Of a DNA stretch of 64,000 bases, positions 25,680 through 38,925 are shown piece by piece. Origin of the DNA: Octopus sinensis (taxonomy: Eukaryota); assembly GCF_006345805.1 (NCBI RefSeq), contig NC_043003.1, forward strand, positions 51,708,001 to 51,772,000. The letters run 5' to 3'. Position 1 is the first letter of the stretch. Every line of letters begins with the position of its first letter. A model generated the notes under the pieces. That model searched no databases and had not been told where the DNA came from. It was given only the letters and a program-made list of their open reading frames with translations. The translations under genes and the position numbers were made by a program.

Positions 25680-28232
25680 ATTTCAAATTACATGAAGATG
25701 TGGATTTTCGATTTCAGTTTTGTTGATAGCAATATATTTAATTTTTGCTGTGTCTAGGGAGAGTCATTATGCTAATTAACACAAACATTGGTTCAATTCC
25801 ACTCCTTTTCTTTATTATTAGTCGAACGGATAAATATCCAACTAACTAATTTGTTTTGTTTTTGTTTGTCAAAGCTCTTTCATTCCTACACGCAACTTTT
25901 TCAATTTAACGTTATAAATACAACAGTTAAAAAAACAAGTGGTTATTTGCAAGCATGATAATATGGTTGAACTATAAACTGAGGATTAAAGGAAAAGAAA
26001 TGTGAACTTACTCGTACAGTTTCAATCATGTCACTGGTGTTGGATAAATTAGTTAGGTAAAATGGCAACTGAGCATACTGTATTTGGTGAGATTTGAATA
26101 CTGAAAATGGTAAGAAATGGTATATGGTAAAGTGGTATATAATGGGATGAAATATATAAACCGTAAAGTCAACATGAACTTTTAGAAGAATTCTACAAAA
26201 AAAGTGTTAAGAGAAAGTAATACTGTCTCAAAATACTGACTTAAAAAACGATTGCAAAATATGATTAAATCATTTAGAACCCCTTGTCCTAGCGTCTCAG
26301 TGATATACGAAAACAATCATTAAAGTTAACTATTTGTAGACTGCACTGAGTAATTTTCTTTACGCTTAAATATATACATAAGAGTGACAAAGAAAAAAAA
26401 TTTGCCACCTTAGGCTGAAAATATTGTGGCGCTGGGAAACTTCTCTAATGACTTTCGAGGCATGCCAGCAGACTTGCAGCATTGCCACGGGTGATGGCGA
26501 GGCTGATGTGCTGGAACAACCAAGCGCCCTCATGAACTTCACCAGCTACCTCTGCTAGGCGAGCTGCCAGTGAAGACAGGAATCTCGTAATCAGTGGTCC
26601 AACCCCACCAAACATCTGTAGATGTTGTTCAAATACTAATTCACTTTTATTAGCATTCATGTCAATGATTTCAGGCTTTCTGTTGAAAAACCTTATGATA
26701 TGAACACATTAAGAGCAATCTTGGCTTTTTGAATCTCATCATTCCGACTATCTTTTTGTCTTACCAACTCGTCATTTTGTTGAATATAGTGGGCATGTCG
26801 TCCACAATGAAAATAAAATGGCCAGTAAATCAACAACTGAGACAGAAAGATATTGAAGACTGCAGAATAGAAATCTTCTACTGGTCAGTTGTATAAACAA
26901 AAGTAGGCTGTTACAGCTTAGTTTCTAGCATTGAAATTACATATCAGTTCAGGGTCCAAAAATAGACTGAACAGTTGAGCGAGTACAACTTGTTTAGGTT
27001 GACACACTGTACTCCATGTTTCATTATTGCATGTATAATCTTCAGCTAGATGTGGAAATGATACCAGCTTCTTAATTACTGTCACATCAATTGGTCAACC
27101 ACAATGACTAATGTATTCTATTGAATTGCCACCTGACATAAATCTGCTTGTGTTGCTCAAGCTTACCTTCTAAGCTTCTATCTCGATAGTCATGGACAAA
27201 GGATTTTAATGGTGGGTAGAAATCACCCATAGCCGAGTCGTATCCTAACACATCAGTTCCTCGCCAGGCTGACAAATAGTTATAGAATCCAGATGGGTTG
27301 ATGATGCCATCCTTAACAAGACGTACTTTGTGAACCTGGAAATACAGAGAGAAATAGTATAGGTTATAATACAGTGTGGTTAAGTGGTTCAGGTATGTAT
27401 TTACAGTGTTTGATATAAAGGTGTCGGTAGAGTCTATGCTTACAGTGTGTATATCTGCCTGTATGCTGTATGCCATTGTGTTAAGGTACCATATACACAT
27501 GCCATACAACATGTACCACGGTGTATGTAGTCTATATCTGTTTCTTTATTGCCCACAAGGGGCTAAACATAGAGGGGACTAACAAGGACAGACAAACGGA
27601 TTAAGTCAATTACATCGACCCCAGTGCATAACTGGTACTTAATTTATCGACCCCCGAAAGGATGAAAGGCAAAGTCGACCTCAGCGGAATTTGAACTCAG
27701 AACGCAACGACAGATGCAATACCACTAAGCATTTCGCCCGGTGTGCTAATGTTTCTGCCAGCTCGCCGCCTTCATGTAGACTATATGTAGTCTATATCAG
27801 CTATGTATTACATAGTTGACAAAAGCAATATACTGTGTATAATTTTTTTTTTCAATGGCCATGCTGGGGCACTATCTTCAAAGGTAAGTTAACTGCATCA
27901 ATCCCAGTACTTATTGTAGGGATCTTGGAAGAATGTGAGGCAAAGCAGAAGCGGGCAAAATTTCAATTCAGAATGGAACAATACAAAAAGTATTTTGTCT
28001 GCTGTTTTTTGTCTTTTGCCAACCACCTTCCATGTTTGTAAATAACTATATCACACACACACACCTATGTAGGCATGACTGTTGTGCGAGGTTCAAAGCT
28101 CTAGGCAGGTATCTTTTACAATACTTTTGGAATTGACCAAAATTATATTTACTATGAGAATATGATCTGGTAGGTGGAAACTAATAATGTGGAAACCTGT
28201 CATTGCATGTATGTGTGTGAGCATGTGTCTGC

Positions 28233-28269
<37 letters not shown>

Positions 28270-29471
28270 AGCATATAGAAATGCATGTGTTTATGCTTAC
28301 ACAAATCTAAAAACTGGTATTGTTCATATTGCTGTTCTTTAGTCATCCCTTTATTAGTGGAAACAGAAGAAAAAACAGACTTAAGCAAATATTGAGGCTG
28401 ATATAATTGATTTAAATCTTTGAATATAATGCTTCAGTATGGCCACAGTCCAATGACTGAAATCTGTAAAAGAATCTCTAGTCAATTCTTACCTGGTTAA
28501 CATCAAAAGGATCATCAACATTGCCAGTCTGGGCCAGAAGTCGGAAAGCCAAAATACCATTCTGAGAAGCATTTTGGTACCATTTCCGTGGACCAATGCA
28601 CTTAGTAGCCACATCATTATCAAAAGACTTTTGTAAATCTGAAATTAAAAAGGGTAAAAAATGGTGAGTAAGCAAAGTATTTCAGATGAATAACAATGAA
28701 AACTGAAGAAATTAATACATGAGACCAAGGTAAGGAGAAAGAAGGAAACAAAAGGACAATAGCATCAGTTTTTCATCATCCCAATTCAAAATAAAAATCA
28801 ATGAAAAAATTTAGGTTTCCATAAAATATTTCAGAAATTTAAAATAGCATACCATGGAGCCATTCTCTGAAAAGCTGTAGCCAGAATGTGGGCAGAGAAC
28901 CATCTTCTCGCTTGATGATGTGATTGACTTGTTGGAATGCTTTGTGATAGGAATACAGTAACTTCTGGTTGTGAGCATAATCAAAGTTATTCTGTGGAAA
29001 AACACAAGTAGAATGAAAATGAGAATGAGTGAGAGGGAAATTGAGAGAGAAGAGAAGAAAATAGTGGAGAGAGTGTATATATATATATATACTTTATTTA
29101 ATGCAGCAGAAAATTCAACAAAACCTGTTACTCTGAGTTTCCCATTGCCGTTCATCGGACAGTAACAGGTTTTGTTGAATTTTCTGCTGCTTTAAATAAA
29201 GCATATTACTCTACCACTGGTATTTGAGTACTCTTTTTTCCACCTTGTTTCACATTTATGTGTTTACTCCGGTATATATATATATATATATATATTGTAT
29301 TTCAGGATGATCTTTTTTTTTGCCAAATAAATACCCACACTATATATTCAGTGGTTTTGCTTGGTTCTATTACATACACTTTAGATGAGTTGTAGTGCAC
29401 CTGAGTACTGTACACAATGTTTTATTATTATTATTATGTGGTTATTTGCCTGTAGCGGGTTGCCTATATGA

Positions 29472-29507
<36 letters not shown>

Positions 29508-32500
29508 GTATGTGTGCAGGTATGGTGTTTGCAAAGTAGTTGATTGATCTTGCTTCATTCTATTCATGAAGTACAAAATCTTAATTTTTTTCTTTTTAAA
29601 CAAATGAGAGTGGAGCTGCACAGTTAAGGTACTGTGCACTTTTTGAGCACATGTGCATGCACAACTTCAGATCTTGCTATTGCTGTTATGCTGTGCTCCT
29701 GAGCAAACCATTTAACTCTGCTGAGTAAGTTTGCCTGATTGAAACTTTCACATAATATGGATGATTAATGGAAGAATGTCACCCATCTGGTTGTAAAAAT
29801 AATTGATCTAACAGATATTTTATCTTACTCATGCAAGTATAAGAAAATAGTTGTTAATACAATTTGGTAAAACAAGAACACCTAATGAAATTTATGACTG
29901 CCTTCATAGTCAGATTCTGCCAAATTTCCATTACAGGGCTTTGATGAAGCTAAGATTATAACCAGAGACACTTGCCAAAGTTGTCATGCAGTGGAACTAA
30001 ACCCATATCGAAAACCAAAACCACACAGTTGTAAAACAAACCTCTTAACTATGCAGTCATACATGTGTTGTAAACATACAAAGGACTGAACCAAAAAGGA
30101 GATCTATATAGAAATGTCAGGATCTAGCCATCCTGACCAATGAGTAAGGGACAGGACACTGTCATGAAAAGCAGGTCATTAGAGAAATGTAGAAATACTT
30201 ATATATTTATTAACCTTTGTCACAGCAAAGAAGTTGTAAAATCCAAAATATTTGGATTTTGCTTCCAAGAAGTTGTACTCGGCCGTTCCATGTGGCACAA
30301 TGTCTGTGAGTTCTAAGCCGTCTTCCACAAGTGTGATGCCATAAATGCCAATGAGTGTGATAATCAAAAATACTACAATAGTGAAAACCTGGAAATAAAG
30401 AAATATGTATGATATAAAGGACATATGGACAATAGCATCAGTCTTTCATCATCCCAATTCTAAATATAAATCAATGAAAAAATTTAGGTTTCCATAAAAT
30501 ATTGCAGAAATTTTTAATTGTAAATTATAACATATTGATTGCTCTTTCTCATTATATGCTCACTACATTAAGTGTGTTAGTACTCACGGTTGATCTGAAA
30601 CTAAGCAATAACAAACACAAAGATCATAACAATTGGTGTGTCTGGAAAGTTTGTGCCGATTTTTAAAGGAAAGAAAAAGGTCAATAAATACTTGCCATTA
30701 CATTTTTAATCAACCAAATATGAACCATTTTGTTGCACAATGTGTCTCTATCTTTCCTTTAACATGAAAATACCCTCTTCCCAGAATTGAGATGGTTTCA
30801 TAGCAAAGAATTCATCAAGGTATCTTTTTACATCATCCAAGGAATTGAAATTTTTACCATTAAGACTATTCTGCAGAGACCTGAATAAGTGGAAATCTGA
30901 AGGAGCAATATCTGGTGAATATGGAGGGTGGGGTAACATATCCCAGTCGAGCTGCAGTAAATTTTGTCTGGTTCCCAAAGCATCAAGTGCTGAAAACGAA
31001 CTTTCTTATCTTCCATTTTAAAGGGTTACAGAATTAACACAGGTTATAGGAACATAAACCTTCTTCCACGAAAAGATAGCTTAAACTGTGCTCTAAATGG
31101 AAGTGTAGTAAAATCCTATTTTATGGAGTCAACCATGTTCTAAAATAAGTCGAAAGGTAAGCTACTATAAATCGGCACAAACTTTCCAGACAACCCAATA
31201 TCAGAAACAGTTATGGAAAGCAACAACAAATGTCACTTGTGTTGCTAAACCCACCTTTGTTGGTGTCTTCTGTAGAAATGGCCCGTAATGATTCTTAACA
31301 ATATTTGCTAACGAGAAGTTGAAGCATTCATGCTGCATCTGTAGCCAACAATCTTTGAATGAGACAGTGTCAATTGGTGTCAAACACTGACGAGACGATG
31401 TATTGGATGGACATGCTGCAAACAGAAATTGAAGAATGAGGTTATGGTCTCCACTGAAAATTTCCTTTCATCTTTCACAAATAATAATTTCACTGTTCAA
31501 TCTACAGACAGATACACACATACAAAGGAAGAATATGTACACACACACACACAATCATCATTTTAACATCCATTTTTCCAAGCTTGCATGGATCAAGTAG
31601 AATTCATTGAACCAGAGTTTCTACAACTGGATGCCCTGAAATATATAAAAATAAATTCAGGCTTACCTGGAGGATATACAGGATTTTGAATTGGTGGTTT
31701 TTCAGTGAGTACTGACTTGAGTGAATTATCTGGAAACAGGACTTTCAGAGGTTTATCAGAAACAAGGAGTTTTGGAGATTTTTCAGGAAGAATGGCTCTT
31801 GGATATTTTTCTGGAACAAGGGCATTTGAAGGTTTTCCTGGAACAAGGGCATTTGTAGGATTTTCTGGAACAAGGACACATGGAGATTTTTCTGGAACAA
31901 GGGCATTTGGAGTTTTTTCTGAGACAAGGGGCTTTTCTGGAGCAGGGGTCTTTTGAGGTTTTTCTGGAACAAGTGCCTTTGAATGTTTTTCTGGAACAGG
32001 GGCCTTTTGTGTTTTTTCTGAATGTACTGGCTTTGTTGAGTGGCTTTGATTGACAACACGTTCTGTTGGCTGCATTGCTAAACAGGTGACTGGCTGAGAG
32101 CCATTAACAGAAATTTTAGTTACGGTCTGATGAATAGCAACACTTGATGAGGTATTTGGGATGCTCAGGTGTGTTGAAGTGAAACCAAAATGTGATAAAC
32201 TGTGTTCACTGTCCCTTTGTGGTTGTAATTCTATCACTTGGTTGGCCATAGAACTGTTGGAAAGAAAATTTGGTTTATGAATCTTGGTATAATAATGTTT
32301 TCTACAGAATTATTCTGATTTGTCACATTTTTTCGTTATTATGGTTTAGTTTAGGGGCAGGCAGGATTAACCCTTCCGTTACTGTATTTATTTTTAGATG
32401 CTTTGTTTTTCTCTCAATTATTTTAAATATAACAAAGAATTTAGCAAAACAACTTAGTTATCATTAAGCTAGTGTTAGGAACATTAATTGTGACTAAGTG

Positions 32501-33313
32501 TTGGTGAAAGATTTTAATTCAAACCTTATGAAAATAAAACATTTGTACTACAGAGCCAGAGGCGGTTTAAACCAGGTTGGTATCGAAAGGGTTAAGCAGA
32601 TCTAATCAACAATCTTACTTTGCGTTGTATGCGCACACCTAAATTATTCAATGTGTGCTTCTTTTCTAAGATGTGACCTGAGGGAGATATAGTTACTATT
32701 TCTAGCAGGGTGAACAATTATGTAAATGCATGTTGCTTTTAATTAAAATCTTAATGCTTCAAATAGGTGACATAAAGCTTGTAATAATATAAAATAACTG
32801 TTTTGAAACTCAGTAATTTAAGCAAAGTTGTTTATAGAAAGAAAGAGAGAAAGAGTGGAGGAAGAAAAATACCTTTGGAAACAACAGAATACATCAATTC
32901 GTTTATCTTCACGCCGAACTAAATCCCAACTAACAACTGCAGGCAGGATCAGAAGGATAGAACTAAGATTGAAGAACACAAGAATTGCAGCCTGAAATAA
33001 ACAATTGTTGAAATATAGTATGACATAATATGCACAATAGTTTATGGTAGTACATGGCAAAAATGGACATGAAATGGTGACATGAAGTTGAATGTTGGGG
33101 GGGGGGGGAGAGAGAGACGTATACTCCTTGCTATTTTGATAGGAATATACATTTCATATAAATTTTAAAAAGATTTAGTACAGGAAACCACATGGTTTCG
33201 GGTTGTCCCACTTTGTAGCATCTTGGGCAAGTGTCTTCTAGAATAGTCCCAAGCTGACCAATGCTTTGTGAGTCAATTTGATTGATGGAAACTGTGTGGA
33301 AACACATCGTATA

Positions 33314-33392
<79 letters not shown>

Positions 33393-35881
33393 TGTCTGTT
33401 TGCCTCCCACACTGCTTGACAATTGGCGTTGGTTTGTTTATGTCACCATAACTTAGCAGTTCAGCAAAAGAAAATAATAGATTAAGTACCGAACTTAAAA
33501 TGGGATCAGTTTGTTTTGACTAAAACTACTACAAGGTGGTGTTTCAGCTTGGCTGCAATCCAACGACTGAAACAAGCAATAGATAAAAGAAAAAATCTAC
33601 TCATATGGAATATAAGAACCATTATAAAACCAGTAAAGGATGAAGGCTACAACTTGTCACGTCATTACAACACTGCTATAGAAGAACTACCTCTGCTACA
33701 TCACCAGCAAAGAATGAAATCCAGAGTTACCACAGGCACACTACTGGTAAAAATTGAGAGCCATCACTAGAGCATTGGTAACCCTCTAACCTTCAGATAT
33801 TTTCTGTCAAATGTAAGGCTTAGTTATTCAATTGTTTTGTATTAATCATCTAAAAGCTGTGAAATTTTGATGATGTGGTTGTTCATTTTTAGATTGACAT
33901 TGTAGGGTAGGTGTGAGAAACCAGATATGGCTGGTTTGAACAGAAAGAAGGGAGAAACTTCTGGCCAGATATGGCTGGTTTAAATGCTAAGGGGTTAAAT
34001 CATATCATTAAATCCACTGGTAAATGAGACAAGGGAGCCTATGTGTGAACACTTGACTTCCTTGAAATAGTAGTGAAAACTTTCTCAGAGCATATCTTAC
34101 GATCTTCAAAAGAGAAGGATACATTGGTCAACATGAAGATCTTAATGGATGGTCTTAATTTAAACCACCTTAAAACAGAAAGTTTGTATCATAGAACAAG
34201 GGGTAGTCTTAGACAGGTTGGTATCAAAAGGGTTAAAGAAAATCAAGCAGTCCAAGAGGAAGGAGGTTATGAAAGAAGACCAGACCAGACCAGTTAAGAA
34301 TACGAAAAAAAAAAAAAAAAAAGTAAAGCTACTTTCTCGAGTTATACCAACTCATAAGAATCTGTTTCCTGGTCTCATGGTGTATATTATTCCCCACCTG
34401 AAGGGGACACCAGTTAGTTGCAGGATTACTTATTTTTGACAGCTAAATGGACTGGAGCAACATGAAATAAAATGTATTTCTCAAGAACACAATGCTCCAC
34501 CTCGTCCAGGAATTGAAACCACAATCTTATGATCATGAGTCCAACACCCTAACCACGAAGCCACATGCAAAGAAGTGGTGAAGGGACTGCAACAAGTGGC
34601 GTAATGGGTATTCTGGAGAAACTACCCACCACAAATGAATTCCTATTGTTAAAAAGGTGGGTTTAAGTGATATAACTGATGTGGCAATAGAGGCTCTGTG
34701 GTGTAGTGGTGGATCTCACCCTCAGCTAGTGGCGTGTATGAGAGAGATAGACCATGTGACTACTGTTGCTGAGAAATAGTATGGGGGGGATACCATCGCC
34801 ACCACCACCACCACAGCCACTACTGTAGTTAATAGGGTTACTATTACAACACAATTAATACACTACTATAGAATTAAAAAAACAAATTTGGAGTAGAGCT
34901 GGACAACTTAGTCGTAGTAGTGGTGGTGGAAGTGGTGGTAATAGTAGTGGTGGTGGTGGTGGTAGTAGTAGAAGTAGTAGTAGTCAGAACCAAAAGGGGG
35001 AACAAGCAAGACAATTACTACCACCACCACAACACAACAAATGCTAGTGGTATTGGTGGTAGTAGTATTAGTAACAACAACAACAGTAACTATAGTGGTG
35101 ATAAGTGTCACAGCAGCAGCAGGGCTAAAAGTATATCCTGAGATAGGTTTGGGGGCGAAAGGAAGAGGAGAGGGTGGTGGCAAAATAAGGGTGAGGGCAG
35201 TGGTAGTGGTGGTGTAGAACAGTAGTAACCTGAATAGTGGTGGGAGTACTTTAAGAGTTAAGAGGGGTAGGAGGTGAGGGTAGATTACTACTGCTCCTAG
35301 GCCTCTTTGCCATACAACCCCTACAGTATCACACAGGCTGTCCTCTTTCAGAGACTTGTATAAACAAAACTGCAGAGCATCATGGGAAATAACAGCCATA
35401 GTGAGAAAGAGAAGTAAAGGGAGACAGACAGATAGATAGATATGAAGAGAAAGAGAGAGAGAGAGAGAGGCAAGAAAAGATGGAAAAGAAATCAAGAAAT
35501 ACCTTCTACCCACCTTTCCCTCCCAAATTCTATCTATTTTCCTACCTACTTGCTAGTCTGTCTGTCGGTCTATCTGTACAGCTATCTGTCTATCTAACCA
35601 TTTCCTCTTTTCCATCATCCTTATTGTGTCTCATCCCACCTAAGCTCAGGACACTTAATCTAATCCTTGTTCTTCTGTAAGGAGGAGAGACAAATACTTT
35701 TAAGATAGGAAAAAAAAAAGTCACAATTAGATATAGATAGGTAGATAGAACAATATAGATAGGCGGATTGAAAGATATATAGATTGAGGGAATCACAAGA
35801 TAAATAGGTAAGTAAATAAAAAAAAAAGCTGCAGGTGTAAGAGAGAGAGAGAGAGAGAAAGAGAGAGATAGGTAGATAGAT

Positions 35882-35917
<36 letters not shown>

Positions 35918-38893
35918 AGAAAGTGAAATGAATGAAAAGAAAATAGGGGCTTCTGTTGACCTACAAGCCATCAAAGTCAGAAGGGACCTAGTGACAGGCA
36001 ATGCTGGGAGAGAAGAATAGGCCTTTTCCACAACCATGGTAGATGGGAATGAGATGAAGGGATGATTGGCTGACACAAAAGGAGAGGAGAGAGCTTGGCT
36101 TTTAAGAATCTAGGAAAAGTCACTGGGAAGAGAAAAAAATCCCATAAAATAGTCACACACACACACAAAGTTACATGAAATCATTATTTTCATTCCCTAT
36201 TTGTTTAAACTCCTTAACGTTATTCCACAGACACATGGAATATAAAGGATAAACCTGGAGAATTTATTTCAAAAATAAAATCTTTCATTCATAAATATTA
36301 CATTTATATGTGTAGATCTAGATGTATGATCATGTATACAAATGTGCAACAAGTATATGTGTGTGTGTGAGAGAGAGAGAGAGGAAGAGAGATGGTGAGA
36401 GTGTGTTGTGTGTCTATATATGTAATTATTAGAGTGCATGAGAATAGCATGAGTATGCATATATGAACATGTGTTTGCACATTAGTGTTTTTTGTGTACT
36501 TTCACATCATCATCATTATTAAACATCCATTGCCCATGGTGGCATGGGTTGGATGGTCTGACTTGGCTGGTACGCTGGAAGGCTGCACCAGGCACCAGTC
36601 TGATTTGGCATGGTTTTCTATGGCTGGATGCCCTTCTTAACGCCAACCACTCTGAGAGTGTAATGGAACTCAGCTACCTAACCTCTGTGAGGCCCAACAC
36701 TCAAAAGGAACTTAGTCACTATGCCTTTGTGAGGCCCAATGCTCAAAAGGAACTCAGCCACTTTGCTCCCGTGAGGCCCAACATTCAAAAGGAACTCAGC
36801 CACTTTGCTTCTGTGAGGTCCAACACTCAAAAGGAACTCAGCCACTTTGCATTTGTGAGGCCCGATGCTCAAAAGGAACTCAGCCACTTTGCTTCTGTGA
36901 GGCCCAACATTCAAAAGATGTTCTTTACGTGCCACCAGCACAGGTGCACTTGGCTTGATGGGGACTGTCAAGCATAGCACATTGCCAAAGTTCTCGGTTA
37001 TTTGTTAATAACGAGAAGTGACAATAAGCAAATATATTTCTCATACCTCACGCTAACAACTTTTCCCAGTCCTTCCATCACAAAAGTCATCCCCAGCAAA
37101 GATGAAAGGTAACCAACAGATGGAATACTATATGTATGCACCTGACAGGTGGAACGTTACAATCATGTACCCTTACAGGCAGAACACTACATGTAAATAT
37201 CAACAGGTGGTACACTATAATACAATAAGTAAGTTCTTACTGGTGTCACACTACATTGAGTACTGACAGGTGGTGTATTAATGAAGAATGAAACTCAATA
37301 ATGATGATGTAAGGTGACTGACAGATAAGTAGAATAAATACTACAGGTGTATACAAACAGGTGGCACATTATGTGTAAGTGCTAAATGATTGCCAAGTTG
37401 CATCTAGGTACCTAGAAGTATAGGTGTGGGTGGTACTATTACAATTAGCATCAGTAGTAATGATATGCAGATCAATTGTAACATTAGTGTGACTGTTAAG
37501 CTGGTGGACTGACAGATCACCAGAGCACCAGACAAAATAGCTTTCAATATATTTCTTCTGGCCTTAAGGCAGTGAGTTAGCAGAACTATTAGCACCTGGA
37601 GCAAAATGTTTAGTGACATTTTATCCATCTTTATGCTCTAAGTCCCCCACCAAAATAGTTCAGGCCAACTTTAGCTTTCATTCTTTCCAGATTGATAAAA
37701 TAAATACCAGTTGAGTACAGAGGTCAATGTAATTGACTTATGATGCCTTCCCTGAAATTGCTGGTCTTGTGCCAAAATTTGAAATCAGTATTTTTTTCTG
37801 GCTTTAAGGTAGTGAGCTGGTAGAATCATTAGCACCTGGGCAAAATGCTCTTATATTCTTAGTTCAAATTCCGCCAAAGTCAGCTTTGCCGTTCATCCTT
37901 TCGGGGTCGATAAAACAAGTACCAGTTGAGTACTGGGGTCGATGTAACCGACTTACCCTTCCACCAAAATTACTGTCCTCATTCCAAAAATTGAAATCAT
38001 CATTCTTTCTGATTTTTTTGTTTTGAGTACAAATTTTGCCAAGATGAAAATTCCTTGGGGGATGGGAGGGGTCCAGATTCCAAAAATTAATTGCGATTTT
38101 TTTTCCTAGCCAAAATTGTGACTTTATTACCAGTCAGCATCAAATATTGGGGTGGGCGATGCAATAAAGTGCAAGGAGAATACTGAAGTCCATTGAATCA
38201 ACTAACCCACCCCCACAAAAATTGGTAGCCTTGTGTCGAAACTAAAATCAGATATTATTATTGTTTGGACAGTGTAAATAGATGGAGGCAAAGGTGGTGT
38301 TGGTGGTGCTAGAGAAAGTGAAAACATGTCAGTACTGTTCTTGAAGGTAGTGCAAATGTAATGGTGGAAGCATATAATAACAGTAGGGGGGGGGGTCATC
38401 ACTTTTGGCTAGTCACAAGTCAGTCCTGATCGATTAAGACTTATGGTCAAAAGAAATTCCAGCTATGACCATGGATTCCTACATCTATAGTATCTAACAT
38501 TTCTTACTCTATTCCAAGACATTAGAAAACGTTTTAAGGAAAATTTGGTTGCTATCTCTATCATGTCGATAGAGTTCTCCATTTCTTAATAGTGGCAGTG
38601 GTCTTAGTTGTTGTTAGAAATAGTAGTGGTGGTAGTAGTGGTGGTGACAGTTGTAGCAATATTACTACAGTGGTAGTAATTGTGGGAGTTAGTTGTCACT
38701 ACCACAAATAGTAGTAGTAGTAGTAGTAGAAGTAGTTTGGAGAAGAAAGGGTGGTGGTGGTGCTTGTGATGGTATACTGGTGAAGAAAACTATCCTGACC
38801 CAAATATGACTTCTTAAGAATAAAATAAAAAAAGACCAACAAAACAAGTGACAGAAAGATTGAGAAGGAGCAGCAGAATGATACTGTTATTGT

Positions 38894-38925
<32 letters not shown>

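Noticed and set aside
34908-35513. 201-aa ORF, and similar ORFs at 38699-39186 and 47194-47875
   Set aside because: Trinucleotide-type (GTG/GTA/GAT) low-complexity tracts with no homology signal.
36665-36916. CRISPR-like array and the 161-aa ORF with [14 protein letters not shown] repeats
   Set aside because: The units are contiguous with no unique spacers, there are no cas genes, and the context is eukaryotic. The ORF arises because 42 is a multiple of 3.
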